From NCBI GenBank assembly GCA_963756875.1, contig CAVWPA010000003.1, positions 544,001 through 608,000 on the forward strand: DNA of 64,000 nucleotides, in the 5' to 3' direction. The translations under genes were made by a program, and so were the position numbers. Source of the DNA: an uncultured Verrucomicrobiae bacterium. Lineage in GTDB: Bacteria; Verrucomicrobiota; Verrucomicrobiia; Chthoniobacterales; UBA10450. How positions within the stretch are numbered: the first letter of the stretch is position 1; every line of letters begins with the position of its first letter. Below, one piece after another: positions 48,215 through 58,900 of this stretch. Under the pieces are notes generated by a model that was given only the letters and a program-made list of their open reading frames with translations, did no database searches and was not told the origin of the DNA.

Positions 48215-50720
48215 ATGATTCTCGATTCGTTTCGGCAGGATGTGCGGGTTGGTCTCCGTGTTTTGTTCAAGGAGAAATCGTTTTGTTTTCTGGCGGTGCT
48301 TGTTCTCGGTCTCGGAATCGGCGGCGCCACCACGCAGTTCACTGTGGTCAACGCCATTGCCCTGCGTGGCTTTTCCTTTCCGCATCCCGAGCAATTGGTC
48401 AGCGTGGGATTGATCGACCCCCAGGCCAACGCGCAAAATAATAATTTCGGTATCGGGACCATTCCAACGGCTCAGGATTACCTCGATTTGAAGGCCGCGC
48501 AGAAGTCGTTTTCGCAAATAGCCGGTTATTTGAGCGGATCGACCATTAACGTCACTTATAAAAATAACCCGCAGCGTTACACCGGCGCTTACGTTACCGA
48601 CGAAATATTCAAGATGATTGGCGTCGCGCCGGTCATGGGACGCGATTTCACTGCCGACGACAACAAGCCCGGCGCGGAAAAAGTGACAATTCTGGGTCAC
48701 GATATCTGGCAACGCGACTTTAACGGCGATCCCCACATCGTCGGCCAAAGCATTCGTATTAATGGAAAGCCCGCGACCATCATCGGCGTGATGCCGCCGA
48801 ACTTTAAATTCCCGTTTTCCGACGACCTTTGGGTGCCTCTTTTTAATGAGTATCCTCCAAAACCGCGCGGCGAACTGTTGATCGGCGCGAATAATGCCGC
48901 GCCCGCGGTGATCGGTCGTCTTAAACCGGGAGTGAGCATCGATCAGGCGAACGCTGAACTGGTGGGTCTGGCTCGTCGTTTGGCGCAGGAGTATCCGAAG
49001 ACGAATCAAAACTGGATTTCAGCCAGCGTGCAGCCGCTTCTTAACGCCATGGCGCCGATCCAATTGCGTCAGACCGTTTGGGCGATGCTGGCCGCTGTCG
49101 TTTTCGTTTTGCTCATCGCCTGCGTGAACGTGATGAACATGCAATTTGGCCGCACCGCTCTTCGGGCAAAGGAACTGGCGATTCGCGGCGCACTCGGCGC
49201 CACACGCTGGAGAATTGTCCGCCAGATGTTGACCGAGAGCCTGGTAGTCGCGGTGCTGGGGGCGGCCGTAGGCATTGTCATTGCCTACTGGGGCGTGGAT
49301 CTTTTTGTCCGCGCCACGAACGCGCTGCCTTTTCCGTTGCCGTACCTGGATTCGATTCAAAATTGACGGTCCCGTTCTCCTGTTCACCGTCGCGATCACC
49401 TTGGTGGCCACTGTCGCTTCCGGACTCGTCCCGGCATTGCTGAGCGCCCACGGCAACGCCGCTGCGATCATGAAGGAAGGCGGACGCGGAAATAGCAGCC
49501 GCCTGGTCAATATCATCACCCGCGTGCTTGTGGTCGGCCAGATCGCCTTGACCGCCGCCCTGCTGATTGCGGCCACGTTGCAAATCAAATCAATCCGAAA
49601 TCAAATGACCTTGAACTACGGCTACGACGAAAATGCCGTCTACACCGCGCGCATGGCCTTGATGGAAGGGGCTTACCCAACGCAGGACTCCAGACGGCAG
49701 TTTTTTCTTCGCGCGGTGCGGGCGCTGCGGGCGAACCCGCAATTCAGCGCTGCCGCCATGACGGATCGCTTTCGCATGACTTTTGCCGGGCAGGGCCAGT
49801 ATGAAGTCGACGGCCAAACGTACATGACCGACCGGGATCGGCCGCGCGGCAACTTCGAATCGGTTTCGGACGACTACTTTTCCACTCTCGGATTACGAAT
49901 TTTGGAAGGGCGCGACTTCACGGCCGACGACACCGACTCCAAACAGCCGGTGGCAATCGTGAACGCGAGTTTCGCGCATAAGTACTGGGGTAACCAAAGT
50001 CCCATCGGGCGGCAGATTCGAATCTACAATCCGGGCCAGCCGCAACCGTGGCGCACGATTGTTGGGGTGGTCCCGGATACTCTGATGCAGGGGCCGTTCG
50101 ACCAGCAAACCGATAATGCCGGCTTCTACATGCCGTTGCTCGGAGCCCAGCCGGCAACTCAATTTTGTACCATCGTGGTTCGTCCGCGCCCCGGCCAACG
50201 AGCGGACACGCTTGGACCCGCGTTGAGCAAGGCCGTTGCCGAGATCGATTCGAATTTGCCGACTTATTTCGCCGGGACACCGGCTCGCTTGCACGATGAA
50301 ATTCTGGCCGCAAGCCGCATTATCGCGACACTGTTCGGCATCTTCGGCGCGGTGGCATTCATTCTGTCCGCCGTCGGCCTCTACGGTGTGATGAGTTTTT
50401 CCGTCAACCAACGCACCCAGGAATTTGGCATTCGCATGGCTCTTGGTGCCGACGCCGCGCGAATTTTTCGCATGGTGATGAAGCAGGGCGCGTGGCAGTT
50501 GGTCATCGGACTGGTTCTGGGCGCGGGCGGCGCGGCACTGCTTCTCGGAGTGCTCGCCGCGGCTGCTTTGCAAAATATTCTTTTCAAGGTAAACGCGCTC
50601 GATCCCTTCATTTATTTCGCCGTCGCGGGATCGCTCACCGTCGTCGCAGCAGCCTCCTGTTTTGTTCCTGCGCGCCGCGCCACCCGCGTCGATCCCATTG
50701 TCGCGCTTCGCTATGAGTAA
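48215..50720 (+). pseudogene. ADOP-type ABC permease split by a +1 frameshift near 49345 (pseudogene or sequencing error)
   Basis: ORFs 48215-49366 and 49275-50720 join into one permease if one C is removed from TACCTGG (…LPY-WIRFKIDGPV…). Confidence 0.8.
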
Positions 50721-50898
50721 ACTCCGGAGGTCCGGGTTATGAAGACTAACCCCGTTGCAGCCTTGCGATTCGAATAAGTTCCACTCGCCGGCAGTCCGGG
50801 TTAACTGAGGCGGACAGAGTAGATGCCCTGCTTACTCTTGCCACAGGTTCGGTGTGCGTTACCATCTTCATGGTACTTTTTGCAATGCCTCCCGAAAC

Positions 50899-52080
50899 AT
50901 GTCTGCCGTGATCGCACGATTCTTTTTTGTTTGCGGCACGCTGCTGATTTTCGCGAGCGTTGCGCTCGGCGCAGGTAAATATCAGCGCACCAAAGACGAT
51001 AAAACCACAGTCTGGAACGCGAATCCCAAACCCGGCGACACAGCGACCTGGTTCGGGGGTCGAGACAGCGACGGATACGCGAGCGGGTTTGGCACGCTCA
51101 CCTGGTACACAGCCAGCGGCAGGGTTTACGGCCGCTATTACGGCAACATGGTCCACGGCAAATTTGATGGATCGGTGAATCTCCATTTAAAAGGAAGAAC
51201 AGCGCACGCCATCTTTACCGATGGCCAGCGAACCAGCCGCTGGGCGGCGGGTCGCGCGCCGTCCCGGATCCCCGAGCAGCAAGGCAAGCCCTCCAAACAT
51301 GAGCTCGCTGTCGCGAAGGCGGAAGCTCCGGAAGGCGTCCCGGAACCGTCGGCTACTCCAAGACAGAGGCCAACGCCAGGCGTGGAGCATTTGATAGCGA
51401 AGAAACCGGCGCCGACGCCGCGGCCTGGGCCGGTCATTGTGAGAGCGGAAAAAGTTACACCTCTTGCGAAGAAACCGGCATCGACGCCGAGGCCCGCGCC
51501 GGTCATTGCGAAAAAGGAAAGAATTAAGCCTCTTGCCAAGCTTCCCGAGCCTTCGGCTGCGCCGAGTCGGAGCCCATCGCCTCCTCCTTCGGTTGCATCG
51601 GCAAATACTGGCGTGGCTCGCGTCGAACACTCAATCAAAGAGACACCGGCGGAAGGACCGTTACCGGCCGCCAGTTCGCCTGCGAAAAAGATTGTCTCGA
51701 AACCGGCCGCTACTCAAAACACGAAAACTAAAATGGATGCTTCCTTGCAGGCACTGATCGGCCCGCCATCTTCGCTGCGGAAAAACGTCGCCACCGGCGG
51801 CTGGTCCGAGGGCGAAAAGGCTGAGCCAGGGTCATCGCCGGCTGCGAATACACGCCTCACAAAGAAGGAAGTGATCGATCTGGCGGACGCAGAAGCGCGC
51901 GCGCGGGGCTACAATCCCGCCGAATTCCAGCGCCCACAGCCGCAGTATAGTCCAGCCGAACAAAGATGGCTGCTGTTTTACGATCAGAAGGCGGGCGGTG
52001 AGATGCCGGAGATTGGAAAATATTTCACGGTCATCGTCGACGATAAAACGAAGAAGACGTCGCTGACCCCGGCGCATTGA
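50899..52080 (+). CDS. Secreted Pro-rich protein (MORN-like N-domain, repetitive linker, small C-domain)
   Basis: Signal peptide; W.G…GYASG.GTLTWY….Y.GNM..GKFDG; 69-bp period repeat AKKPA(P/S)TPRP.PVI. Confidence 0.65.
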   Translation: MSAVIARFFFVCGTLLIFASVALGAGKYQRTKDDKTTVWNANPKPGDTATWFGGRDSDGYASGFGTLTWYTASGRVYGRYYGNMVHGKFDGSVNLHLKGRTAHAIFTDGQRTSRWAAGRAPSRIPEQQGKPSKHELAVAKAEAPEGVPEPSATPRQRPTPGVEHLIAKKPAPTPRPGPVIVRAEKVTPLAKKPASTPRPAPVIAKKERIKPLAKLPEPSAAPSRSPSPPPSVASANTGVARVEHSIKETPAEGPLPAASSPAKKIVSKPAATQNTKTKMDASLQALIGPPSSLRKNVATGGWSEGEKAEPGSSPAANTRLTKKEVIDLADAEARARGYNPAEFQRPQPQYSPAEQRWLLFYDQKAGGEMPEIGKYFTVIVDDKTKKTSLTPAH

Positions 52081-52089
52081 ACCTTGCCC

Positions 52090-54468
52090 TTAGTCCGTCG
52101 CGCGCGCAGTCGATCGTATTTCTTGCGCAGCCGCCCCGGCGTCCGCCGCCGGAGTAATGCTAATCACGACGAACTTGCTTGTCGGCGTGTTTGATCGCTC
52201 CGCGACACTGTTGATCGGAACCAGAACATTTCCCTCCGGAAAATAGGTAGCCGTACAGCCTCGTGCGATCGAATGAGGCGCGATCTGAAAATGGCGCGCG
52301 CAACGTTTCTCGTTCTCTCCAAAGTGGCTGGTGAGATCGACAATCTGTCCCTGGGTTAATCCGGCTTCTTTTATGTCCTCCGGATTCATGAAGAGCACGC
52401 GGCGTCCGTTGTAGATGCCGCGATAGCGATCGTCCAAACCATAAATGTGCGTGTTGAACTGATCGTGGGACCGAATCGTCATCAAAATGAATTTCCCCGC
52501 GCTCAATTCGTTGCGCGGGATCGGATGCACGGTGAAAAGCGCTTTGCCGGTTTTATTATTAAACTTCCGGTGATCGCGCGCGGCGTTAGGCAGATAGAAA
52601 ATATCTTGAGAGATCCGCTTGTTAAAATTTTCAAAACCGGGAATCACATGTTCGATGTGATCGCGGATACGGTTGTAATCGGCAATTAGTCCTTCCCAAT
52701 CGACCGGGCTGCGAGCGCTCAGCGTCGCCCACGCCATGCCGGCAACGATCGCCGGCTCGCTGCGAAGCTGGTCGCTCGCCGGCTCGAGCACCCCGCGCGA
52801 TGGATTAATGATGCCCATCGAGTCCTCGACCGTGACGAATTGTTCGCCCGTCGCCTGTCGATCGATTTCCGAGCGGCCAAGACACGGGAGAATCAGTGCG
52901 ATCTCCCCGGTAATAAGATGAGAACGATTGAGCTTGGTCGAAACATGCGCGGTTAGACGGCACTTTTGAAGCGCCTCGGCGGTAAACTCCGTGTCCGGCG
53001 CGGCGGAAAGGAAGTTGCCGCCCATTGCAATAAATGCGCGGATCGCGCCGCGATGCATCTGCTTGATTGTCTCGACCGTATCGGTGCCATGCTCGCGCGG
53101 TGGATCGAAACCGAACTCGCTTCCGAGCTTTTGCCGGAACGTTTCGTTCATGCGTTCCCAGATTCCCATCGTCCGATCGCCCTGGACATTGGAATGACCG
53201 CGCACCGGACATGGACCCGTTCCGGGACGTCCGATATTTCCGCCGAGCAGCAGAAAATTCATGATCTCCTGAATGGTCCCGACAGCATTGCGATGCTGGG
53301 TCAATCCCATTGCCCAGCAACAAATGATGCGTTTCGAGTTGATCGCGATCTCAGCCGCGGCCCGGATCTGCTCTCGCGTCACACCGCTGCTCACGAGAAT
53401 ATCGTCCCAGCTCGCTTTTTCCAGGTCGTCGACGAACTGCTCGAAGCCGGCCGTGAAATCCTTGATGAATCCCTGATCGAAAACCGTGCCCGGCCGCTTG
53501 CGCTCTTCGGCCAGCATCTCTTTCATGATCCCCTTCAGCACCGCGATGTCGCCATTGATTCTGATCGGCAACCAGAGATCGCTCAGCTTCTGGCCTTCGC
53601 CAAACAATAACCCGGGCGCGCGCAGGGGATTTTTTAGCTCCTGCGGATTCTTGAATCGGAAATTGCCGACCTCGGGCATCGGATTGATCGAGACAATTTT
53701 AGCGCCCGCTTCCTTCGCCTGCTGCAGGCTGTCTAACATTCGCGGGTGATTTGTTCCCGGATTCTGACCGATGATAAAGATCGCGTCGGCGCGGGGAAAG
53801 TCGTGGAGCGTAACGCATCCCTTTCCGACCCCGATCACTTCGTTCAACGCAGTGCCGCTCGACTCGTGGCACATGTTCGAGCAATCCGGCAGATTATTGG
53901 TTCCAAACTGGCGAACAAATAACTGATAGAGAAACGCGGTCTCGTTGCTGGTTCGGCCGCTGGTGTAAAACGCGGCTGCATTCGGACTTGGAAGCGCATT
54001 GAGTTCGGTGGCAATCAGCTGGAAGGCATCATTCCACGAAATCGACTGGTAATGGGTTGCGCCGGCCGGCTTGATTAGCGGCTGCGTCAAGCGCCCCTGT
54101 TGCCCAAGCCAGAAATCGCTTTGGCTTCGCAGATCGTCTAACGAGTGCTGCCGGAAAAAGCCTTCGGTCAGTCGCTTGGTCGTCGCTTCATCGGCGACGG
54201 CCTTTGCACCGTTCTCGCAGAATTCCGCCACCTTCCGATCCTGATCTGGACTTGGCCATGCGCAGCTCTGGCAATCGAATCCCTTCTTCTTATTTATCGC
54301 GAGGAGCGTCTTGAGCGCGCGCATCGGTCCCATTTCGCGCAGACCAAAGCGAACCGTCTGGTAAATCGCCGGCAAACCGGCGGCAACCTTTGATCCCGAT
54401 AACACGTCCGCCGGTTCCTGCTCGACCGGCGGCTGCGCACCGGGCACTGGATCTTGCTCGAGGGCCAT
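52090..54468 (-). CDS. FdhF/YdeP family molybdopterin oxidoreductase
   Basis: GFDCQSCAWP, EFCENGAKA, FYTSGRTSNE, NNLPDCSNMCHE, GQNPGTNHPRM, RGHSNVQGDRT, RSHDQFNT.IY. Confidence 0.94.
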   Translation of the reverse strand: MALEQDPVPGAQPPVEQEPADVLSGSKVAAGLPAIYQTVRFGLREMGPMRALKTLLAINKKKGFDCQSCAWPSPDQDRKVAEFCENGAKAVADEATTKRLTEGFFRQHSLDDLRSQSDFWLGQQGRLTQPLIKPAGATHYQSISWNDAFQLIATELNALPSPNAAAFYTSGRTSNETAFLYQLFVRQFGTNNLPDCSNMCHESSGTALNEVIGVGKGCVTLHDFPRADAIFIIGQNPGTNHPRMLDSLQQAKEAGAKIVSINPMPEVGNFRFKNPQELKNPLRAPGLLFGEGQKLSDLWLPIRINGDIAVLKGIMKEMLAEERKRPGTVFDQGFIKDFTAGFEQFVDDLEKASWDDILVSSGVTREQIRAAAEIAINSKRIICCWAMGLTQHRNAVGTIQEIMNFLLLGGNIGRPGTGPCPVRGHSNVQGDRTMGIWERMNETFRQKLGSEFGFDPPREHGTDTVETIKQMHRGAIRAFIAMGGNFLSAAPDTEFTAEALQKCRLTAHVSTKLNRSHLITGEIALILPCLGRSEIDRQATGEQFVTVEDSMGIINPSRGVLEPASDQLRSEPAIVAGMAWATLSARSPVDWEGLIADYNRIRDHIEHVIPGFENFNKRISQDIFYLPNAARDHRKFNNKTGKALFTVHPIPRNELSAGKFILMTIRSHDQFNTHIYGLDDRYRGIYNGRRVLFMNPEDIKEAGLTQGQIVDLTSHFGENEKRCARHFQIAPHSIARGCTATYFPEGNVLVPINSVAERSNTPTSKFVVISITPAADAGAAAQEIRSTARATD

Positions 54469-54609
54469 GGATCTTTGATCAAGTATCGAGCATCTAGCAT
54501 CCAGTATCCAGTATCCAGAATCGCTCTGCGACTTCTGACTTCAGCATTGGACGTTGCGGGTTCGACGTTTTCCGTTTTCGTCCGACTTCCGCGCTCTCGC
54601 CCTCGCCCC

Positions 54610-55737
54610 TTACCGCTTTGCGTCTTCAATCCCCCGCCGCGTCGTCAAGTAAACCGCGAAACTCCCGAGCCAATGTCCGCCTTCGTAATGCTCCCCGGTC
54701 ACCGCCGCCAGCCCTGCGCGACGATGCGCATCCGCCGTCGCTTGTAACGCTGGCCGGCGCGGATCGTCCGCCGGCAATCCGGAAATGATTCCTTCCAGCA
54801 TCCACGCCCGGCTCAAATTCAATCCATCCAGATGCGCAAGCTTCGGATCGCTCGGATCGGGCGAAACCACCGGCTTTAACCAGTCTGCGATTTCCTTCTC
54901 ATTACTGCCAGTCCGGCTCGGACTCGGAATTTGCGGCATGAATCCTTTTAACCACGTCGCGAATTGTTTCGGAGGAAGAACCCGTCGCATCACGTCCGCT
55001 TCGCCGAGACATGGCGAAAGAAAATCTTCTCCGGAAGGTTCGTAGGCGAGGGGACAATTTTTGTCCGCGAGAAAGAATTTCTTCGCCGAATCGCTGCAAA
55101 GTTTGGCGAGTGGTTGATTGCCGGTCGACCGCGCGTAATCCAGGATCAATCCGAGCGCGAACGCGGTTTGATCGTGCTCGCCGATCCGGACCGGGTTCGA
55201 AAGTTTCGGCAACCATGTCGTCAGGCGTTCCACGGCTGTGTCTTCGAGCGGCTTTAGATTCGCCGACCACGTTCGCGCCTGCGGATCGTTCCATTCATGC
55301 AGTTCCGCGCACAATTGCAGGAGCCACGCCAGCCCGTAAGGCCGCTCAAAACTTGCCCGGCCTTTCCCATTCAGATAAGCGGCTTCCTGTTTGATGTTCT
55401 CAGCGGTCAAACTCTGCGCCAGCGCCTTGCGTGCGTCGGCGGCGAACGGCGCATTGGGAAACGTGCGCAACAGGCGCACCAGCAGCCAATGTCCGTGCAC
55501 CGACGAATGCCAGTCGTAACAGCCGCAAAACGCGGGAGTCAGTTTACGTGGCGGCGCGACGTCCGCATCGCTGTTGAGAACGTGCGCGATCTTGTTCGGA
55601 TACTCCTTATGCACGCAAGCCAGCGCCAGCTTCGCAAATCGTTCCGCCGCTTTCGCATCGAATTTTGGCGTCGGAGTATTTTCCGCGAATAGCGCGCCAC
55701 CAAGGACCAGAAGAAGCGCTGCGATCCCAACCTTCAT
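54610..55737 (-). CDS. DUF2891 family secreted protein
   Basis: EYPNK, PAF.GCYDWHSSVHGHW, FERPYG.AW, EPSG.DFLSP, HLDGLNLSRAW, YEG.HWL.SFA. Confidence 0.9.
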   Translation of the reverse strand: MKVGIAALLLVLGGALFAENTPTPKFDAKAAERFAKLALACVHKEYPNKIAHVLNSDADVAPPRKLTPAFCGCYDWHSSVHGHWLLVRLLRTFPNAPFAADARKALAQSLTAENIKQEAAYLNGKGRASFERPYGLAWLLQLCAELHEWNDPQARTWSANLKPLEDTAVERLTTWLPKLSNPVRIGEHDQTAFALGLILDYARSTGNQPLAKLCSDSAKKFFLADKNCPLAYEPSGEDFLSPCLGEADVMRRVLPPKQFATWLKGFMPQIPSPSRTGSNEKEIADWLKPVVSPDPSDPKLAHLDGLNLSRAWMLEGIISGLPADDPRRPALQATADAHRRAGLAAVTGEHYEGGHWLGSFAVYLTTRRGIEDAKR

Positions 55738-55820
55738 CGCTGAAATAATGCCGGTGGGGCGAGACTCTGTCGAGCCGACGAATTACCCAACGGCGATTGG
55801 GAAGCCGCTCCTCCTTGAAG

Positions 55821-55873
55821 GGTAGGGACGGCGCGCTGCGCCGTCCAGGACATCGCAGCGCGATGTCCCTACC
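55821..55873. repeat. GTAG-tagged REP-like palindromic dimer
   Basis: GGTAGGGACGGCGCGCTGCGCCGTCC-A-GGACATCGCAGCGCGATGTCCCTACC. Confidence 0.82.
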
Positions 55874-55961
55874 TCTTTCGGAGTTGGACGTTGGGCGTTC
55901 GGCGTTTCTGACCTCCGACGAGGCCCTTACCTCTTACCCCTTCGCTCTTCGCCCTTACCGC

Positions 55962-58900
55962 TTATTTCTTCGCTGTCACTTTGTCCGCTTCCTCGACGTC
56001 GGCTTTCAGCTTTTGCTCGCCTTCCTTGGCTTTCTGATCGAGTTCGCTGAACACAGCGGATTGTGCCGCAGTGGGCTTGCCATACGACAAGTCAATGTCC
56101 GACGCCAGGTACGCGAGATGATCGCGCAGCTTGGTCCCATAGAGCAGATCGCCTTCGCTCGATCTACTGGCCAACTCCGCCACACTGTCGATGTCGCGGG
56201 TGAGCGCGGCCAGAGCGCCGGCGGCCTGCGCGTCGGTCACGCTCTTGGCGGAAACGGCCTTCTGCAGCTTGTCGCGTGCGGCCAGCGCTTCGTTAATCTG
56301 CTTATTCAGCGCATCGAGGTCCGCATGAATCTTTAGATCTAAATCCAAGCGCGCTTCCAGGTCCTCTTTTGTGGCATGAAGCCGCGGATCGAGAGCGACC
56401 GCAAAGCTCTGTTGCGTTTTCTGTCCGCCATAATTGAGCACAACCGAATACGTGCCAGGTGCCACGACGGGACCCTCGACCGAATCCTCCAGGCCGCCTG
56501 CCGCGATTGGAGCATGGAAGCCGGTTATCTCCGTCGCATACGGATAACGCAGGTCCCACTGGAGCCGATTCATCCCCGGCTCGACAGCAGCAAGCTTCGC
56601 TTCCTTTTCTCGAATTTTCTGATCTGTGCTCTTCTCGCTGTGGTCCACTTCGGCGGCAACATTTTCCAGATGGCCGCCGACCTGCGCTTCGCTCACCCGT
56701 TCTTTCTCCTTTATCTCTTTTTCCGTGGCCAGGTGCAGCGGGATGCTACGAATCACTTTTCCTTGTGCATCGGTGAATTCGAGCGTTGCCGGCGTTTTGC
56801 CGTCGTAGTTTTGAGGAATGTGAAAGAAAACGGTCGCGCCGAACGGCGGGTTATAACCGGCATCGGGAGGACGTCTTCTGTCTGGATCGAAAGCGCCATA
56901 ATCATGAGTCAGCCACGCCTGTTCCGGAGCGAACAGGAAGCTGGCATTGGATTGCACGGCTGGATTTTTGGCCAGCTGTTCGAGAAACGCCAGATTATCA
57001 AGGACCCAAAAAGCGCGACCGTGAGTGGCTGCAACCACTTCGCCCTGGCGCGTATTAATGGCAATGTCGCGCACCTGCGCCACGGGCAGATTTAGCGTAA
57101 GCGGTTGCCAGTGGTCGCCTTCGTCCAGACTGAAATACACCGTGCTGCGAGTGCCGAGGAACAACAGTTTGGACTCGTTAGGGTCTTGCCGGATATCGAA
57201 GACAAATTCGGTTTCCGGCAGGCCGGCCGTAATCGCGGTCCAATGCTTGCCCAGATCGGTGGTCTTAAAGACGTACGGCTTGAAATCGTCCAACATGTAG
57301 CGCCGTGCCGTCAGATACGCGGTCTGCTTGTCGGTGTGTGACGGCTCGATGCAACTGATCCATGACTCGGGCAGCCCGGGCGGAGTCACCTTTTCCCAGT
57401 TCTTTCCGCCATCCGTGGTGACGTGGGCGAGACCGTCGTCGGATCCGGCCCAAATGAGATTAGCGTCGAGAGGCGAAACCGCGAGCGCCGAAACCAAAGG
57501 ATAGATTTCCGCTCCTGACTGGTCGAGATCGATGGGGCCGCCGCTGGGAACTTGCCTGCTTTTCTCGTTGCGGGTGAGATCGGGCGAGATTTGAGTCCAG
57601 GTCGCGCCGTAGTCGTCGCTCTTAAATACATATTGCGCAGACGTGAACAGTTCCTTCGGATTTGCCGGCGAAAACAGAATGGGATGTGTCCATCCCCACC
57701 GATACTTTAGCTCGCCTGACGATGCGCCCTCCTGGTAATGCGGCCACGGGCTCACGCTCCGGTATTCGTCCGTGCGCCGATCGTGTTTCACGAAGATGCT
57801 GTAGTATCCGCTGCCGTAAGTGATTTCGGGATCTCCCGGTTGCGGCACGGAGTAAGTGCTTTCGCCATAGGCAACGCTGTGCCACGCGGCCAGCGGAATC
57901 GTTCCACCGGCGTGGGCGCTCGGCCCTTCAAAAGCGCCTTCGTCCTGCTGCGCGCCGTAAATGTGAAACGGAAACTGGTCGTCAATGTTAACATGATAGA
58001 ACTGGCCGGTTGGCTGGTTGTGCTCGGTGCTCCATGTCTTGCCGGCATCGGTCGAGACGGTCGCGCCGCCATCATTGCCCTCGAGCAGAATCCGGGTGTC
58101 GTCCGGGTTGATCCACACCACGTGATTATCGCCGTGCGGCGTTTTCAACTTGTTGAATGTTTTGCCGCCGTCACGTGAAACCCACAGCGCATCCACCTCG
58201 GGCGCGTAAACGGTGTTGGGATCCTTGGGATCCGCATAAATCGTCATGTAATAAAAAGCGCGTTGCCGCAGTTTCATCTCCTCATTCACGCGCTTCCATG
58301 TGGCGCCGGCGTCATCCGAACGGAACACGCCGCCTTCCTTTGCCTGAATGATGGCGTACACCGTGTTCGGTTTGCTCGCAGCAATGGAGACGCCGATGCG
58401 TCCCAGCACCGTCGTCGGCAAACCGGGATTGCGCGTGATATTGGACCAATGCGCGCCGCCGTCGGTGCTCTTATATATGCCGCTGCCCGGACCGCCGCTT
58501 ATAAGCCCCCACGGCGTGCGGATCGCCTGCCACATCGTGGCGTACATCACGCCCGGATGATTCGGGTCCATCACCAGACAGATGGCGCCGGTGTTGTTGT
58601 CCACGAACAAAATTTTCTTCCAGGATTTGCCGCCATCGGTGGACTTGAAAATGCCGCGGTTGGGATCGGGCGCGAACACGTGCCCCATGGAAGCGACATA
58701 AACAACGTTGGGATTCTTGGGATCAACGAGGATTGCGCTGATCGCGTGGGCGTCGCGCAAACCGGCAAACTGCCACGTTTTGCCGGTGTCGGTGGATTTG
58801 TAAACGCCGTCGCCGGGGATCACATTGGCGCGAATATCGGCTTCGCCGGTGCCGACATAAAGAATCTTGGGATCGGACGGTGCCACGGCTACTGCGCCGA

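Noticed and set aside
32821..52080. Integrative element or prophage at tRNA-Leu
   Set aside because: No integrase or phage genes, and I found no duplicated tRNA 3' end.
52090..54468. Selenocysteine-containing formate dehydrogenase
   Set aside because: The ORF is uninterrupted, with Cys in CSNMCHE and no in-frame TGA.
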